From positions 1-61,691 of the forward strand of contig JALOMO010000023.1 in assembly GCA_025455395.1 (NCBI GenBank): DNA of 61,691 nt, read 5' to 3'. Below the pieces are notes generated by a model. The model made no database searches. It was not told where the DNA came from and saw only the letters and a list, made by a program, of their open reading frames with translations. Of this stretch, positions 41,336 to 51,727 are shown one piece after another (position 1 is the stretch's first letter; every line of letters begins with the position of its first letter). The translations under genes and the position numbers were made by a program. The DNA comes from Bacteroidales bacterium (GTDB taxonomy: Bacteria > Bacteroidota > Bacteroidia > Bacteroidales > VadinHA17).

Positions 41336-44116
41336 ATGAAGAAGATACTTCTCAATATTTTTCTCCTGGTTGTCCTGATCAATTCCTATGGCCAGGAAAT
41401 GACTATCACCATGTATTTTGACCGGATCAGCTTCAGAGATCTGGTCGATACGCTGGAAAAGGTATCACCTTACAAAATTTATTATTCGGAAAAATGGACT
41501 GACTCTCTTTATCTTTCCGTAAGTTCACAAGGGAGGCCGATTGATGAACTCATTAACACTACCCTTGCCGGGAAGGGCTTTTCTTTTATAATTACATCTG
41601 ACAAAAAGATCATCCTTTCAAAAGATTATCCGATCAAGACAAGTTACAGCAGTGAATACCTTGCTTACCTGGAGCGGAACTCTGCAAAAATTGATACATT
41701 AAAGTACTTGTCGGCAGTTGCCAAACAGGATAGTGACAAGATCAGAGATGAGTACAGGATATTTAAGATCGGCAGATTGTCAGAAGGCAGCAAAAGCCAG
41801 ACCGCAATTTTGACCGGCAAAGTCACCAACCCAGGTGAGGGAGAGAGTGTCAGCGGGGCAATAGTTTATATCGGGAAGCTCAGGGCAGGGACCATGACAA
41901 ACGAAAATGGCTTTTACTCCATCACAATACCGAAAGGACAGTATCAGATAGAGTATCGGATGCTTGGTTTGAAAACCACCAGGCGTAATATTGTAATATA
42001 TTCTGACGGTAATCTTGACGTTGAAATGACTGATGAGGAAAACATGATGGAAGCAGTATTCATCACTGCTGATCGTGATAATTCAGTACGGGATGTCAGA
42101 ACCGGAATTGAAAAGATAAATGTCAAGATGCTAAAGCAGATCCCTATGGGCCTTGGGGAAGTTGACGTTATCAAGAGCTCAATGCTTTTACCCGGAATCC
42201 AGACTGTGGGGGAGGCCTCCGGAGGATTTAATGTGAGAGGCGGTAGCACCGACCAGAACCTAGTCTTTCTTAATAGTGCTCCCATCATTAATACCTTCCA
42301 TTTTTTCGGATTTTTTTCGGCCTTTAATTCTGACCTGGTATCGGATGTTACGATATTCAAAAGCGGTATGCCTGCGAAATACGGTGGCAGATTATCATCG
42401 GTCATGGTGATATCTCCTTCAGAAGGATCGAGGGATAAGGTCAAGGTAAGCGGCGGGATCAGCCCGGTAACAGGCAGACTTCTTGTAGAAGGCCCCCTGT
42501 TCGGGAAAAAAGGGTCATTTATTATTGGCACTAGGGCAACTTATTCTGACTGGATCCTGGGGTTGTTTGATGATTACCGGATCAGCAACAGCACGGCAGG
42601 TTTCTATGATATCCAGGGATCGGTCAGGTATGATCCGGATGAAAAAAACTCGGTCTATCTATCAGGATACTTAAGTAATGACAGGTTCAACTATTACGGC
42701 GAGAGTGCCTTTGACTACGGTAATATATCCTCAACACTCAAATGGGACCATTCATTCAACTCAAGATTTTCGGCCAGTTTCTTCGCAATTTTGAGCAACT
42801 ATAAATACAAGGTAGATACTTACCAGGATTCGACAAAATACAATTCACTCAGTTATAAACTTGATCAGAAGATATTAAGGGCTGATTTCCAGTATAAACC
42901 CGGGGAGAGGCATAACACACAGTTCGGGATTGACGCAACCTTCTATTCCCTGCTCCCGGGTTTAAGACAACCATTTGGCGATTACTCGACGGTTGCTTCA
43001 GCAGAGCTTGAGAATGAACAGGCTCTCGAGCCATCAATATATCTAAGTGATGATTATGAGATCACCCCGCTCTTATCTGTTACTGGCGGTTTACGGGCAA
43101 CTTTCTTTACCTCATTTGGCCCTCAGACTGAATTTAAATACTATGATAATATATCTAGGTCAGCTGAGAGTATTTCAGACACCGTCTGGCATAATAGCGG
43201 AGATATTGTTAACTTTTATCCCAGGATTGAATTCAGATTCTCAGCGCGCCTGATTCTGGCGCATGATCTCTCTGTTAAGGTGGGAGCACAGAGAGTCCAC
43301 CAGTATATTCACATGATATCAAACACAACATCAATTTCGCCAACGGATATCTGGACAATAAGCGACAGCTACATCAAACCGGAAAGGTCCGACCAGCTGT
43401 CATTAGGATTCTATTACAACTTTGGCCGGAAGGCTTACGAGAGCTCAGTGGAGACCTACTATAAGAAACTCACAAACATTCTTGACTATAAAGGAGGAGC
43501 CTCATTACTGATGAATGAGCACCTTGAAACAGATGTTATAAATGGCACAGGCAAAGCCTATGGTGTTGAGCTGATGGTGAAGAAGTTAAAGGGCTCCCTG
43601 ACAGGGTGGATAAGTTATACATATTCACGCGCCTTACTGAGATCTGCCACAAATTTTGAGACCGAAGAGGTCAATGGCGGAGAATATTGGCCTGCCGATT
43701 ATGATAAGCCTCATGATCTGAAGGTTGTTGCAAACGCGAAGCTGTCGAGACGCCTGAATGTCACATCAAGCTTTATCTACAACACAGGCAGGCCGATAAC
43801 ATATCCGGTGGCTTTCTACAACTTTAGCAATACCAATTATTTGTATTATTCAACGAGAAACAGCTACAGAATGCCTGACTATATCAGGCTCGATCTTGCT
43901 GCTACCATTAACGGAAATCTCAAAGCAAAGAAACTAAACCACTCTTCATTTACATTGACTATTTACAATGTTCTTGGCAGGGAGAATCCATACTCAATAT
44001 ATTTCAGGAATGAAGATGGTGTGGTAAATGGTTATAAGATGACCATTTTTGGTCAGCCAATCGTGATGCTGACATATAATTTCAGGATCTTTGGGAATGC
44101 CACAGGAGATTTTTGA
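41336..44116 (+). CDS. TonB-dependent receptor with N-terminal STN-like and CarboxypepD_reg-like domains
   Basis: Signal peptide. STN-like ISFRDLVDTLEKVSPYKIYY...IDELINTTLAGKGFSFII. LTGKVTN...VSGAIVYI...TNENGFYSI. Plug region (IKSSMLLPGIQT...GGFNVRGGSTDQNLVFLNSAPI). Long barrel ending ...TYNFRIFGNATGDF. Confidence 0.85.
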   Translation: MKKILLNIFLLVVLINSYGQEMTITMYFDRISFRDLVDTLEKVSPYKIYYSEKWTDSLYLSVSSQGRPIDELINTTLAGKGFSFIITSDKKIILSKDYPIKTSYSSEYLAYLERNSAKIDTLKYLSAVAKQDSDKIRDEYRIFKIGRLSEGSKSQTAILTGKVTNPGEGESVSGAIVYIGKLRAGTMTNENGFYSITIPKGQYQIEYRMLGLKTTRRNIVIYSDGNLDVEMTDEENMMEAVFITADRDNSVRDVRTGIEKINVKMLKQIPMGLGEVDVIKSSMLLPGIQTVGEASGGFNVRGGSTDQNLVFLNSAPIINTFHFFGFFSAFNSDLVSDVTIFKSGMPAKYGGRLSSVMVISPSEGSRDKVKVSGGISPVTGRLLVEGPLFGKKGSFIIGTRATYSDWILGLFDDYRISNSTAGFYDIQGSVRYDPDEKNSVYLSGYLSNDRFNYYGESAFDYGNISSTLKWDHSFNSRFSASFFAILSNYKYKVDTYQDSTKYNSLSYKLDQKILRADFQYKPGERHNTQFGIDATFYSLLPGLRQPFGDYSTVASAELENEQALEPSIYLSDDYEITPLLSVTGGLRATFFTSFGPQTEFKYYDNISRSAESISDTVWHNSGDIVNFYPRIEFRFSARLILAHDLSVKVGAQRVHQYIHMISNTTSISPTDIWTISDSYIKPERSDQLSLGFYYNFGRKAYESSVETYYKKLTNILDYKGGASLLMNEHLETDVINGTGKAYGVELMVKKLKGSLTGWISYTYSRALLRSATNFETEEVNGGEYWPADYDKPHDLKVVANAKLSRRLNVTSSFIYNTGRPITYPVAFYNFSNTNYLYYSTRNSYRMPDYIRLDLAATINGNLKAKKLNHSSFTLTIYNVLGRENPYSIYFRNEDGVVNGYKMTIFGQPIVMLTYNFRIFGNATGDF

Positions 44117-44133
44117 TTTGGATTCAAATGATT

Positions 44134-45444
44134 TCACGGGAAGATGAAGCAGAATTCAGTCCCCTTACCAGGTTCCGAAGTAACCTTTATCTCAATCGCA
44201 TGAAAGTCGGCTATTGATTTTGTTATTGCCAATCCAATGCCGGTGCTGTCAATTTCGGGGTCGAGTTTTGTCCTGAATCGTGAAAAGATTATTTCAAGCT
44301 GTTTTTCTGTCATCCCCCGGCCGGTATCTGTTATGAAGAGATAAAACTTTTCGCCTCTCCTCTCGCCGCAAATTTGAATGCTTCCTTCAGGGGGAGTGTG
44401 TTTAATTGCATTATTGACAACATTGTAGAACATCGAAAACAAGAGTGCCCTGTTTGCTTTTCCGAAGAAGCAGCTGCCGGTGCAGGTTGATGTTATCCTC
44501 ACTCCTGCATCTGCTGCTATGGGAGACAGTTCTCCTGTAACTTCGGTTACCAGTTCCTCAAGATTGACGTCGTCTTCCTTAAGATATTGCCTGCTCTCAA
44601 GCCGGGCAATCATCAGCAGTGAGTTGATCAGTGTCTTGAGACGGTGAAGTGTACGAAGTGACTCATCGATACCTGTTTCTATCTCCGGATCAAGATCCTT
44701 TTTCAGGAGCATGTTCTCCAGTTTGCTGCGCAGCACAGAGACAGGTGTCATAAGCTCGTGCGAGATGTTAACGGTTATCTCTTTCTCTTTGCGGAACAGC
44801 TCTTCTATCCTCGCCATCAGATCGCGAAGCGTCTGATCAAGCTGCCGGAAATCTTTCGTAGTTGTGACTACCGGGCTGAAGTCACTAAAGGATGGTGATG
44901 ATGTTGTCCCGAGCCTCCGGGTAATAATCCTGAGGGGTCTTAAGACGCGTGCTGTATAGGTGAGGTCAGTAATGAGGGTGACAGCAATGAAGAAAGCGAG
45001 AAAGAGAAGAATTACCGTGCGGATATTCTTCGCAGCATACCTGATGCTCGAGAGACTCTTTCCTATCTCAAGAAGGTAGGTCTGTCCATCTATTTTGATT
45101 GAATAGTTAAGAACGCGGTAATCAATGGTCTCTTCGTCCACTATCCTTGTAGCTACCTCAATGAAGTTCCAGTCCTCATCCAGGTCTGCTCTTTCCATGC
45201 TGATGAATTCCTCCTTCAGGATATTGTAACTGCCGAAACCGGTTTCGGTTTCTGAGGTTATGAATGGGTCAAGCCCAATCTCGGAAATGAGTTTGATAAC
45301 CTGCTCTCTCTTATCAATAAGTTCCCTGTCTGTCTGAAGGGTATTTATACGTTCAATAAGCAGCGGGAGAAAACCGATAAAAAGTGCAGAGAAAACCAAT
45401 TTTGAAAGGAGGTTGAAGAGGGCAAGTTTTGTCTGTAATTTCAT
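44134..45444 (-). CDS. Sensor histidine kinase
   Basis: Two TM helices. H-box ISHELMTPVSVL. N-box NNAIKHTP. G-boxes TDTGRGM and GIGLAI. Confidence 0.9.
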   Translation of the reverse strand: MKLQTKLALFNLLSKLVFSALFIGFLPLLIERINTLQTDRELIDKREQVIKLISEIGLDPFITSETETGFGSYNILKEEFISMERADLDEDWNFIEVATRIVDEETIDYRVLNYSIKIDGQTYLLEIGKSLSSIRYAAKNIRTVILLFLAFFIAVTLITDLTYTARVLRPLRIITRRLGTTSSPSFSDFSPVVTTTKDFRQLDQTLRDLMARIEELFRKEKEITVNISHELMTPVSVLRSKLENMLLKKDLDPEIETGIDESLRTLHRLKTLINSLLMIARLESRQYLKEDDVNLEELVTEVTGELSPIAADAGVRITSTCTGSCFFGKANRALLFSMFYNVVNNAIKHTPPEGSIQICGERRGEKFYLFITDTGRGMTEKQLEIIFSRFRTKLDPEIDSTGIGLAITKSIADFHAIEIKVTSEPGKGTEFCFIFP

Positions 45445-45463
45445 ATGGTCACATGATCAAATA

Positions 45464-46144
45464 TTACTCTTCCATACTGATCCTATAGCCAACTCCCCTG
45501 ACAGTTTCAAGCCATGGCGTCGGGCCATGCATATTCATCTTTTTACGGATATTCTTAATATGGACGTCAATGAAATTGCTGTCATACTGGTCGTCAAGTG
45601 TGTTCCCCCATATATGCTCATAAAGCTGATGGCGTGCCAGAACTTTTCCGTGATTTATCACCAGGTAGTGGAGCAGGTCAAATTCCTTCTTCGTAAGCTC
45701 TACCTCCTTTCCCTGGTGAAGCAATTTTCTTGCCTGGATACCCATAATAAACTCACCCAGGTTGATGTCGGCGGCCGTGATCTTGAATTTTCTTCTTGCA
45801 ACGGCCATGAGGCGTGAATGAAGCTCAACCAGAGCAAAGGGTTTGGGAAGGTAGTCATCGGCACCGAGATCGAGCCCCCTGACACGGTCTTCCACTGCAC
45901 CGCGGGCAGTAATGATGATGAATGACACGTCAATGTTATTCTTTCTTGCCTCCTTTATCAGATCTAGCCCGTCGTAATCGGGAAGACCAAGATCCAGAAG
46001 TACAAAGTCATACAGGTTGACAGCAATCTTTTCTGAGGCTTCAGTCCCGGTAAAGGCCATATCGCACAGGAAGTTCTCTTTCCTGAGATATGCTGATATC
46101 TCGATGGCGAGACTCTTCTCGTCTTCCACGATAAGAACATTCAT
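45464..46144 (-). CDS. OmpR-family response regulator
   Basis: Receiver MNVLIVEDE...LLDLGLPDYDG...KPF. Winged-helix C-terminus LTKKEFDLLHYL...ETVRGVGYRI. Confidence 0.93.
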   Translation of the reverse strand: MNVLIVEDEKSLAIEISAYLRKENFLCDMAFTGTEASEKIAVNLYDFVLLDLGLPDYDGLDLIKEARKNNIDVSFIIITARGAVEDRVRGLDLGADDYLPKPFALVELHSRLMAVARRKFKITAADINLGEFIMGIQARKLLHQGKEVELTKKEFDLLHYLVINHGKVLARHQLYEHIWGNTLDDQYDSNFIDVHIKNIRKKMNMHGPTPWLETVRGVGYRISMEE

Positions 46145-46153
46145 AGTCCAAAG

Positions 46154-47044
46154 TTAAATAAATCTGAAGAAGGCACTTATCATAAAGATAAAACCTTTCA
46201 TCTCCTGTGCCCCGTTGTCGGAATAGAGCGGCAGTATGTATCCCGGTTCGGCCTCAATTGTGAAGAAGTCATAAGTGAAAGCAATGGGCAGCCCGAAATC
46301 AACCTCCATGAATCCGAATTTCCCGGTGTAAACTGTGGAGGTGGTGGGTGTGACCCCACCAGCCCAGGGAGGCTTACCCGGATGCTCGACGCCTCCTGTT
46401 GTGGTCTCAGTAGTATCAACACTGTATATCGTTCCTAGCAGCAGGTTGATGTAAGGATCGAAGTAAAAATATGCTTTATCTCCCGCGAAGGAAGGGGTTT
46501 CAAAATATCTCGAATTTCTGAATTGCAGATAGAGACCGTTCTCTTCAGCCAGTACCCCACCGACGGAAAATTTTGTATAGAGGATCTTCCAGTCAAACCC
46601 CAGGGTCGCATCAGCATAGGTGAAACTGTTGAACAGTGTGTCCTTGAGAGACTCCTGGACATTATATCTCGAAAGGCTGAGGCTGATGTCGAACCATGAA
46701 TTGAAAGTGTGGGCAAAACTCAGGTCAAGACTGTAATAGGCAACGAATGGAGAGAGATCACTGAGGGTATATCCGGTTGCGGAGAGATAAAGTTTGTCTT
46801 TGAGACCGTATGAAATATATCCGTAACCGAAGGGTCTGTCCTGGCTCAGTGTATAACCGAGATAGATCATATTACTCCCCATCCCGGCGCCACCGTAAAG
46901 CGAGTGAATACTTTCCTTCACTTCTGAGCCTGCAATAGTGTCAGAAGCAATGGTATCGGAGACTGTTTGTGCAGATACATGGCAGAATAAAATCAGCAGA
47001 AGGCTGATAATACTAATCCGGGGAGCCAAGGTATCTCTCTTCAT
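46154..47044 (-). CDS. Hypothetical outer-membrane beta-barrel-like protein
   Basis: Signal peptide ending VSAQ. Alternating aromatic/hydrophobic strands. C-terminal ...SAFFRFI. No family recognised. Confidence 0.5.
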   Translation of the reverse strand: MKRDTLAPRISIISLLLILFCHVSAQTVSDTIASDTIAGSEVKESIHSLYGGAGMGSNMIYLGYTLSQDRPFGYGYISYGLKDKLYLSATGYTLSDLSPFVAYYSLDLSFAHTFNSWFDISLSLSRYNVQESLKDTLFNSFTYADATLGFDWKILYTKFSVGGVLAEENGLYLQFRNSRYFETPSFAGDKAYFYFDPYINLLLGTIYSVDTTETTTGGVEHPGKPPWAGGVTPTTSTVYTGKFGFMEVDFGLPIAFTYDFFTIEAEPGYILPLYSDNGAQEMKGFIFMISAFFRFI

Positions 47045-47065
47045 TGCGGGGGCAGGAAAGTGGAT

Positions 47066-47443
47066 TTATCGTTTCCCGGGTCCTTTTACCCCGCCTGGCT
47101 TGCCAACGCCTTTAGGTACGCGTGAGCCTGAAGGTCTCTCAACAGATGCCGGACGGGCTCCCTTTGACATGCTTGTGTTGGGTCGGGCACTGCGTACCTG
47201 CTTTACCTCCCCGCTGTTGTTTTTCTTTGCCTGGCTTTGTGCCTGCTCACTTTTGCCTGCCTGCTCCTTTGCCTGATTCTGATTTCCGGTTTGCTCCTGA
47301 TTCTGTTGCTTAGTCTGTTTTTCAACCTTCTGTGCTTCAGTTGTCAGGGTGTCTGACCCAGGGTTAACTCCCTGGGCACTTAAAATAATTGCAGTGGCAA
47401 ATGTCAGCGGGATTATGAGAAATATCTTAATCAACCTTTTCAT
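47066..47443 (-). CDS. Small secreted low-complexity (Q/K/N/G-rich) protein, first gene of the two-component operon
   Basis: Signal peptide ...AIILSAQG. QTKQQNQEQTGNQNQAKEQAGKSEQAQSQAKK. C-terminal GKPGGVKGPGKR. Same architecture as the 36246-36641 product. Confidence 0.5.
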   Translation of the reverse strand: MKRLIKIFLIIPLTFATAIILSAQGVNPGSDTLTTEAQKVEKQTKQQNQEQTGNQNQAKEQAGKSEQAQSQAKKNNSGEVKQVRSARPNTSMSKGARPASVERPSGSRVPKGVGKPGGVKGPGKR

Positions 47444-47620
47444 GACTATTCCGGATATTTTTTCTCCTTAATAAACAGTTTTTAAATCATTTGACCTCCA
47501 GATGATTGTGAACTGTCAACACAAATGTATTGGTTAAAAGATGAAGAATAGATGAATGTTCCTGATTTTTTTCAAAAAATATTAAAAGTGTATTAGTTAC
47601 ATTTAAAAAATTTTTAACTT

Positions 47621-47773
47621 GCAGACAGAAGACCGAAGACGGAAGACCGTAGACGGAAAGGATTAGGTTAAGGTTGAGGTCAAGGTTGAGGTTAAGGGTA
47701 CAAGGAGCGATGGAGAGGACTGCAAGACTGCAAGACCGCAGGACCGCAGGACCGCAAGACGGAGCGAAGCGAC
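47621..47773. repeat. Composite short-tandem-repeat tract: three adjacent blocks with periods 7, 6 and 8 nt
   Basis: Block 1, 47621-47655: GCAGACA GAAGACC GAAGACG GAAGACC GTAGACG. Block 2, 47663-47698: TTAGGT TAAGGT TGAGGT CAAGGT TGAGGT TAAGGG. Block 3, 47718-47773: GACTGCAA GACTGCAA GACCGCAG GACCGCAG GACCGCAA GACGGAGC GAAGCGAC. The tract is intergenic, between divergent operons. Confidence 0.85.
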
Positions 47774-47816
47774 AGATAACGAAGTGTTTAAATACTAACC
47801 AAATAAACTAAGCAGT

Positions 47817-49472
47817 ATGTTTTTAATAGACTGGATTGTATTGGGGGCTTTCTGCCTTGCCCTGGTGGCTTTTATTGTCTTTTCCATGAGGTCAAAAGAC
47901 AAGACATCGGCTGATTATTTTCTTGCGGGACGGGATGCTACGTGGGTGGCTATTGGCGCCTCCATTTTTGCATCAAATATCGGGTCTGAACATCTTGTCG
48001 GACTTGCAGGAGCAGGGGCTTCCTCTGGCATGGCAATGGCGCACTGGGAGATGCACGGCTGGCTGATACTCCTTCTTGGGTGGCTCTTTGTGCCATTCTA
48101 TGCTCGTAGCGGTGTGTTTACCATGCCTGAGTTTCTTGAAAGACGTTACAATAAGGAATCAAGATCCGTATTGTCGATCATCTCGCTTGTGAGTTATGTC
48201 CTTACAAAAGTGGCTGTCACGGTCTATGCCGGTGGAGTTGTATTTAAGGATGTCTTCGGCATTGAATCGATATGGGGTATTGACTTTTTCTGGATCAGTG
48301 CAATCGGTCTGGTTGTAATCACAGGTTTATATACCACACTGGGAGGGATGAAAGCTATTCTCTGGACTTCCGTACTTCAAACACCCGTACTTCTTGCAGG
48401 GGCTATCGCAGTGCTTGTAGCCGGTATCATCAAAGTGGGAGGATGGGATGAACTGATGCATATCTGCCGAACTGTTCCGGTAAATGATTATGGCGATACA
48501 ATGACCCAGCTGATAAGATCACCTAAAGATGAGGTCTTTCCATGGACGGGAGTGCTGCTCGGTTCTGCGATAATCGGTTTCTGGTACTGGTGTACTGACC
48601 AGTACATTGTGCAGCGTGTTCTCTCCGGCCGTGACCAGACTCAGGCACGTCGCGGGGCAATCTTCGGTGCCTATCTCAAGCTGACCCCGGTGTTTATCTT
48701 CCTGATCCCCGGAATGATAGCCTATGCTCTTAACCAGCAGGGGGTCATCACTCTCACAAGCTCTGACTCAGCATTCTCTACCCTGGTTAGAGAGCTTCTC
48801 CCGATGGGATTCAAGGGTCTTGTGGTGGGAGGTTTGCTTGCTGCCCTCATGAGTTCACTGGCTTCTCTTTTCAACTCATCAGCCACCCTCTTTACCATTG
48901 ACTTCTATCAAAGATACAAACCACAAGCAACGGAGGCACAGCTGGTTAAGATAGGACGCATCGCTACGGTGGTAGTAGTGATCCTTGGTGTCCTTTGGAT
49001 CCCCGTAATGAAGGGGATAGGGAAGGTGCTCTACGCATATCTGCAGGACGTTCAGTCACTCCTTGCCCCGGGAATAGCGGCAGCTTTCCTTCTTGGAATA
49101 CTCTCGAAAAAGACCACCCCTGCTGCCGGTCTCACAGGCTTGCTTACCGGCTTTGTAATTGGAATGACAAGGCTGGGTTTCATGATCTTCAAGAGTCATA
49201 TCAATCCTGACAGCTTTATCTATACAGTCTTTATCGAGACAAACTGGCTACACTATGAGATCATCAACTTTGCCATTGTCATTATCACAATGATAATCGT
49301 AAGCTATTTTACCAAAAGGATTGATGAAACAAAGATTACAGGACTCTATCTCGGTTCCGCAACAGCTGAACAGAAAGCTATAACGCGTGCAAGCTGGAAC
49401 AACTGGGATGTCATTCTTTCGGCCATAATCATTGCAGTGGTGATATGGTTCTATGCCTACTTCTGGAATTAA
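47817..49472 (+). CDS. Sodium:solute symporter (SSS/SGLT family), probable arabinose transporter
   Basis: About 14 TM helices. N-terminal block [34 protein letters not shown] is typical of SGLT-type symporters. First gene of the ara operon. Confidence 0.88.
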   Translation: MFLIDWIVLGAFCLALVAFIVFSMRSKDKTSADYFLAGRDATWVAIGASIFASNIGSEHLVGLAGAGASSGMAMAHWEMHGWLILLLGWLFVPFYARSGVFTMPEFLERRYNKESRSVLSIISLVSYVLTKVAVTVYAGGVVFKDVFGIESIWGIDFFWISAIGLVVITGLYTTLGGMKAILWTSVLQTPVLLAGAIAVLVAGIIKVGGWDELMHICRTVPVNDYGDTMTQLIRSPKDEVFPWTGVLLGSAIIGFWYWCTDQYIVQRVLSGRDQTQARRGAIFGAYLKLTPVFIFLIPGMIAYALNQQGVITLTSSDSAFSTLVRELLPMGFKGLVVGGLLAALMSSLASLFNSSATLFTIDFYQRYKPQATEAQLVKIGRIATVVVVILGVLWIPVMKGIGKVLYAYLQDVQSLLAPGIAAAFLLGILSKKTTPAAGLTGLLTGFVIGMTRLGFMIFKSHINPDSFIYTVFIETNWLHYEIINFAIVIITMIIVSYFTKRIDETKITGLYLGSATAEQKAITRASWNNWDVILSAIIIAVVIWFYAYFWN

Positions 49473-49500
49473 TAAACAAAATCTATTTGATAAATATATT

Positions 49501-50988
49501 ATGAAAAAAGAAACTTTTGAATTTTGGTTTGTCACTGGCAGCCAGCATCTTTATGGAGAAGAAACCCTGAAACAAGTGGACAAAGACTCAAAAACCATTG
49601 CAGTTGCTCTTGATAAATCCGAGGCTGTCCCTGCAAAGGTTGTCTTCAAACCCGTACTTACAAATGCCGACGCCATAACGACAATCTGCCTTGAGGCGAA
49701 TAACTCACCGCAATGTGCCGGTCTTATAGCATGGATGCATACATTCTCTCCGGCTAAAATGTGGATATCAGGACTTACAAAACTAAATAAGCCTCTTCTT
49801 CATTTCCATACCCAGTTTAACAGGGACATACCCTGGAGTGATATTGACATGGATTTTATGAACCTGAACCAGGCTGCACACGGTGACCGCGAGTTCGGGT
49901 ACATATGCTCACGGCTGAGAATTGAGCGAAAAGTGGTAGCAGGGCATTGGCAGGACAAGGCAGTTGTTGCTTCCATTGGTACCTGGACCAGGGCTGCCAT
50001 GGCAGCCATTGATGCCAGGTCTATGAAGATAGCCAGATTCGGTGACAATATGCGTGATGTTGCTGTTACGGAAGGGAACAAGGTCTCAGCCCAGATAAAG
50101 CTTGATTACCAGGTACACGGCTATGGAGTGGGTGATCTTGCTCACGCTGTTTCCCTTGTACCCGATAAACAGGTTAAAGAGCTTGTAAAACAATACGGCG
50201 ATGAATACAAAGCCTCTTCAAAGGTACTCTCTTCACCATCTGTAAAAGAGGCGGCGCGCATTGAGGCAGGTATGCGCAATTTTCTTGAAAGAGGTGGATT
50301 CAAGGCTTTCACAACTACATTTGAAGATCTCCATGGTCTTGTTCAGTTGCCGGGGCTTGCTGTGCAGCGTCTTATGGCTGACGGATACGGATTTGGTGCA
50401 GAAGGAGACTGGAAGACATCAGCGCTTCTTCGCTCAATGAAGGTTATGTCGCAGGGGCTGAAAGGCGGAACTTCCTTTATGGAAGACTACACCTATCATC
50501 TTGACCCTGATAATACAGCAGTATTGGGCGCTCATATGCTTGAAGTATGCCCCTCTATTGCTGAAGGTAAGCCTTTGCTTGAGGTACATCCGCTCGGAAT
50601 TGGCGGCAAGGCAGATCCTGCACGTCTGATATTTAAAACCTCGCTCGGAAGGGCGGTAGTAGCCTCAATGGTGGAAATGGGGGATCGCTTTCGGCTCATC
50701 GTCAATACCATGGATGTGATTAAATGTCCTCCGATGCCGAAGCTGCCGGTAGCAAGCGTTCTGTGGAAACCTGATCCGGATCTGAAGACAGCAGCTGCAG
50801 CCTGGATTTATGCAGGAGGAGCACATCATACAAGTTTCAGCCAGGCTCTGAATGCTGAGCACCTTAAGGATTTCGCTGACATCTCAGGTATCGAGATGGT
50901 TCTTATTGATGAAAAATGTAATATAACCGAGTTCAGGAAGGAGCTCAGGTGGAATGACCTGTATTATCATTTAAACAGGGGATTATGA
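49501..50988 (+). CDS. araA: L-arabinose isomerase
   Basis: [24 protein letters not shown]-terminus and conserved blocks ([28 protein letters not shown]). ATG at 49501 is preferred over the upstream ATG at 49453, which overlaps the transporter gene. Confidence 0.95.
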   Translation: MKKETFEFWFVTGSQHLYGEETLKQVDKDSKTIAVALDKSEAVPAKVVFKPVLTNADAITTICLEANNSPQCAGLIAWMHTFSPAKMWISGLTKLNKPLLHFHTQFNRDIPWSDIDMDFMNLNQAAHGDREFGYICSRLRIERKVVAGHWQDKAVVASIGTWTRAAMAAIDARSMKIARFGDNMRDVAVTEGNKVSAQIKLDYQVHGYGVGDLAHAVSLVPDKQVKELVKQYGDEYKASSKVLSSPSVKEAARIEAGMRNFLERGGFKAFTTTFEDLHGLVQLPGLAVQRLMADGYGFGAEGDWKTSALLRSMKVMSQGLKGGTSFMEDYTYHLDPDNTAVLGAHMLEVCPSIAEGKPLLEVHPLGIGGKADPARLIFKTSLGRAVVASMVEMGDRFRLIVNTMDVIKCPPMPKLPVASVLWKPDPDLKTAAAAWIYAGGAHHTSFSQALNAEHLKDFADISGIEMVLIDEKCNITEFRKELRWNDLYYHLNRGL

Positions 50989-51689
50989 TTAAGATCTATT
51001 CGAAAAATCCTAAATTTTATCTCGCGGTAGACTGTATCATCTTCGGATATGACATAATTGAAAAAGAGCTCAAGCTACTGCTCATAAAGAGAAGCTTTGA
51101 ACCTGCAAAGGGAAAGTGGTCTCTTTCAGGTGGCTTTGTCCAGGAGGAAGAGAGTCTTGACGAGGCCGCATCCCGTATTCTTTTTAATCTTACAGGGCTG
51201 TCAGATCTTTACATGGAACAATTATATACATACGGTGATGTAAATCGCGATCCTGGCTCGAGGGTGATTTCCACAGCTTATTTTGCCCTTATCGGGATAA
51301 ATGAACTGGATAGTGAGATTCAGGAGAGGAACGGAGCACACTGGAGGTCGATATCAAACCTCCCGGAACTCATCTTTGACCATCGCGAAATGGTTGACAG
51401 GGCACTTACAGAGCTCATTAACAGAATTAAGGTACACCCTGTTGGATTTGAGCTGCTTCCCGATAAATTCACTCTCGTTCAACTTCAGAACCTATATGAA
51501 GCGATTTATCAGAGAAAGATAGACAAGCGTAACTTCAGAAAGAAAATCCTATCAATGAATCTGCTTGAGAAGCAAACCGACAAGGAGAGGGAGACTTCAA
51601 GGAAAGGAGCCTGGTATTTCAGGTTTAACGAGGTGAAATACAAGGAATTGACAAGGAATGGCTTCTTTTTCAACCTCACTGTAAGTTGA
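50985..51689 (+). CDS. araR: Nudix-domain transcriptional regulator (NrtR family, Bacteroides AraR-like)
   Basis: Degenerate Nudix box [23 protein letters not shown] followed by a C-terminal winged-helix-like segment [26 protein letters not shown]. Embedded between araA and araD. Confidence 0.7.
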   Translation: MIKIYSKNPKFYLAVDCIIFGYDIIEKELKLLLIKRSFEPAKGKWSLSGGFVQEEESLDEAASRILFNLTGLSDLYMEQLYTYGDVNRDPGSRVISTAYFALIGINELDSEIQERNGAHWRSISNLPELIFDHREMVDRALTELINRIKVHPVGFELLPDKFTLVQLQNLYEAIYQRKIDKRNFRKKILSMNLLEKQTDKERETSRKGAWYFRFNEVKYKELTRNGFFFNLTVS

Positions 51690-51727
51690 CCGGGATGCTC
51701 TTCTGAGTAAACAAAAAGACTTGATTT

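Noticed and set aside
46938-47313. Plus-strand ORFs 46938-47276 and 47122-47313 overlapping the small low-complexity gene
   Set aside because: They arise from the repetitive GC-rich low-complexity sequence. They have no signal peptide or motif. The minus-strand frame has a proper signal peptide and a paralogue.
47621-47773. Possible CRISPR array or coding low-complexity region in the repeat tract
   Set aside because: The units are only 6-8 nt, directly abutting, with no spacers. The periods of 7 and 8 nt are incompatible with a reading frame, and stops occur in all frames. It is kept as a non-coding tandem-repeat feature.
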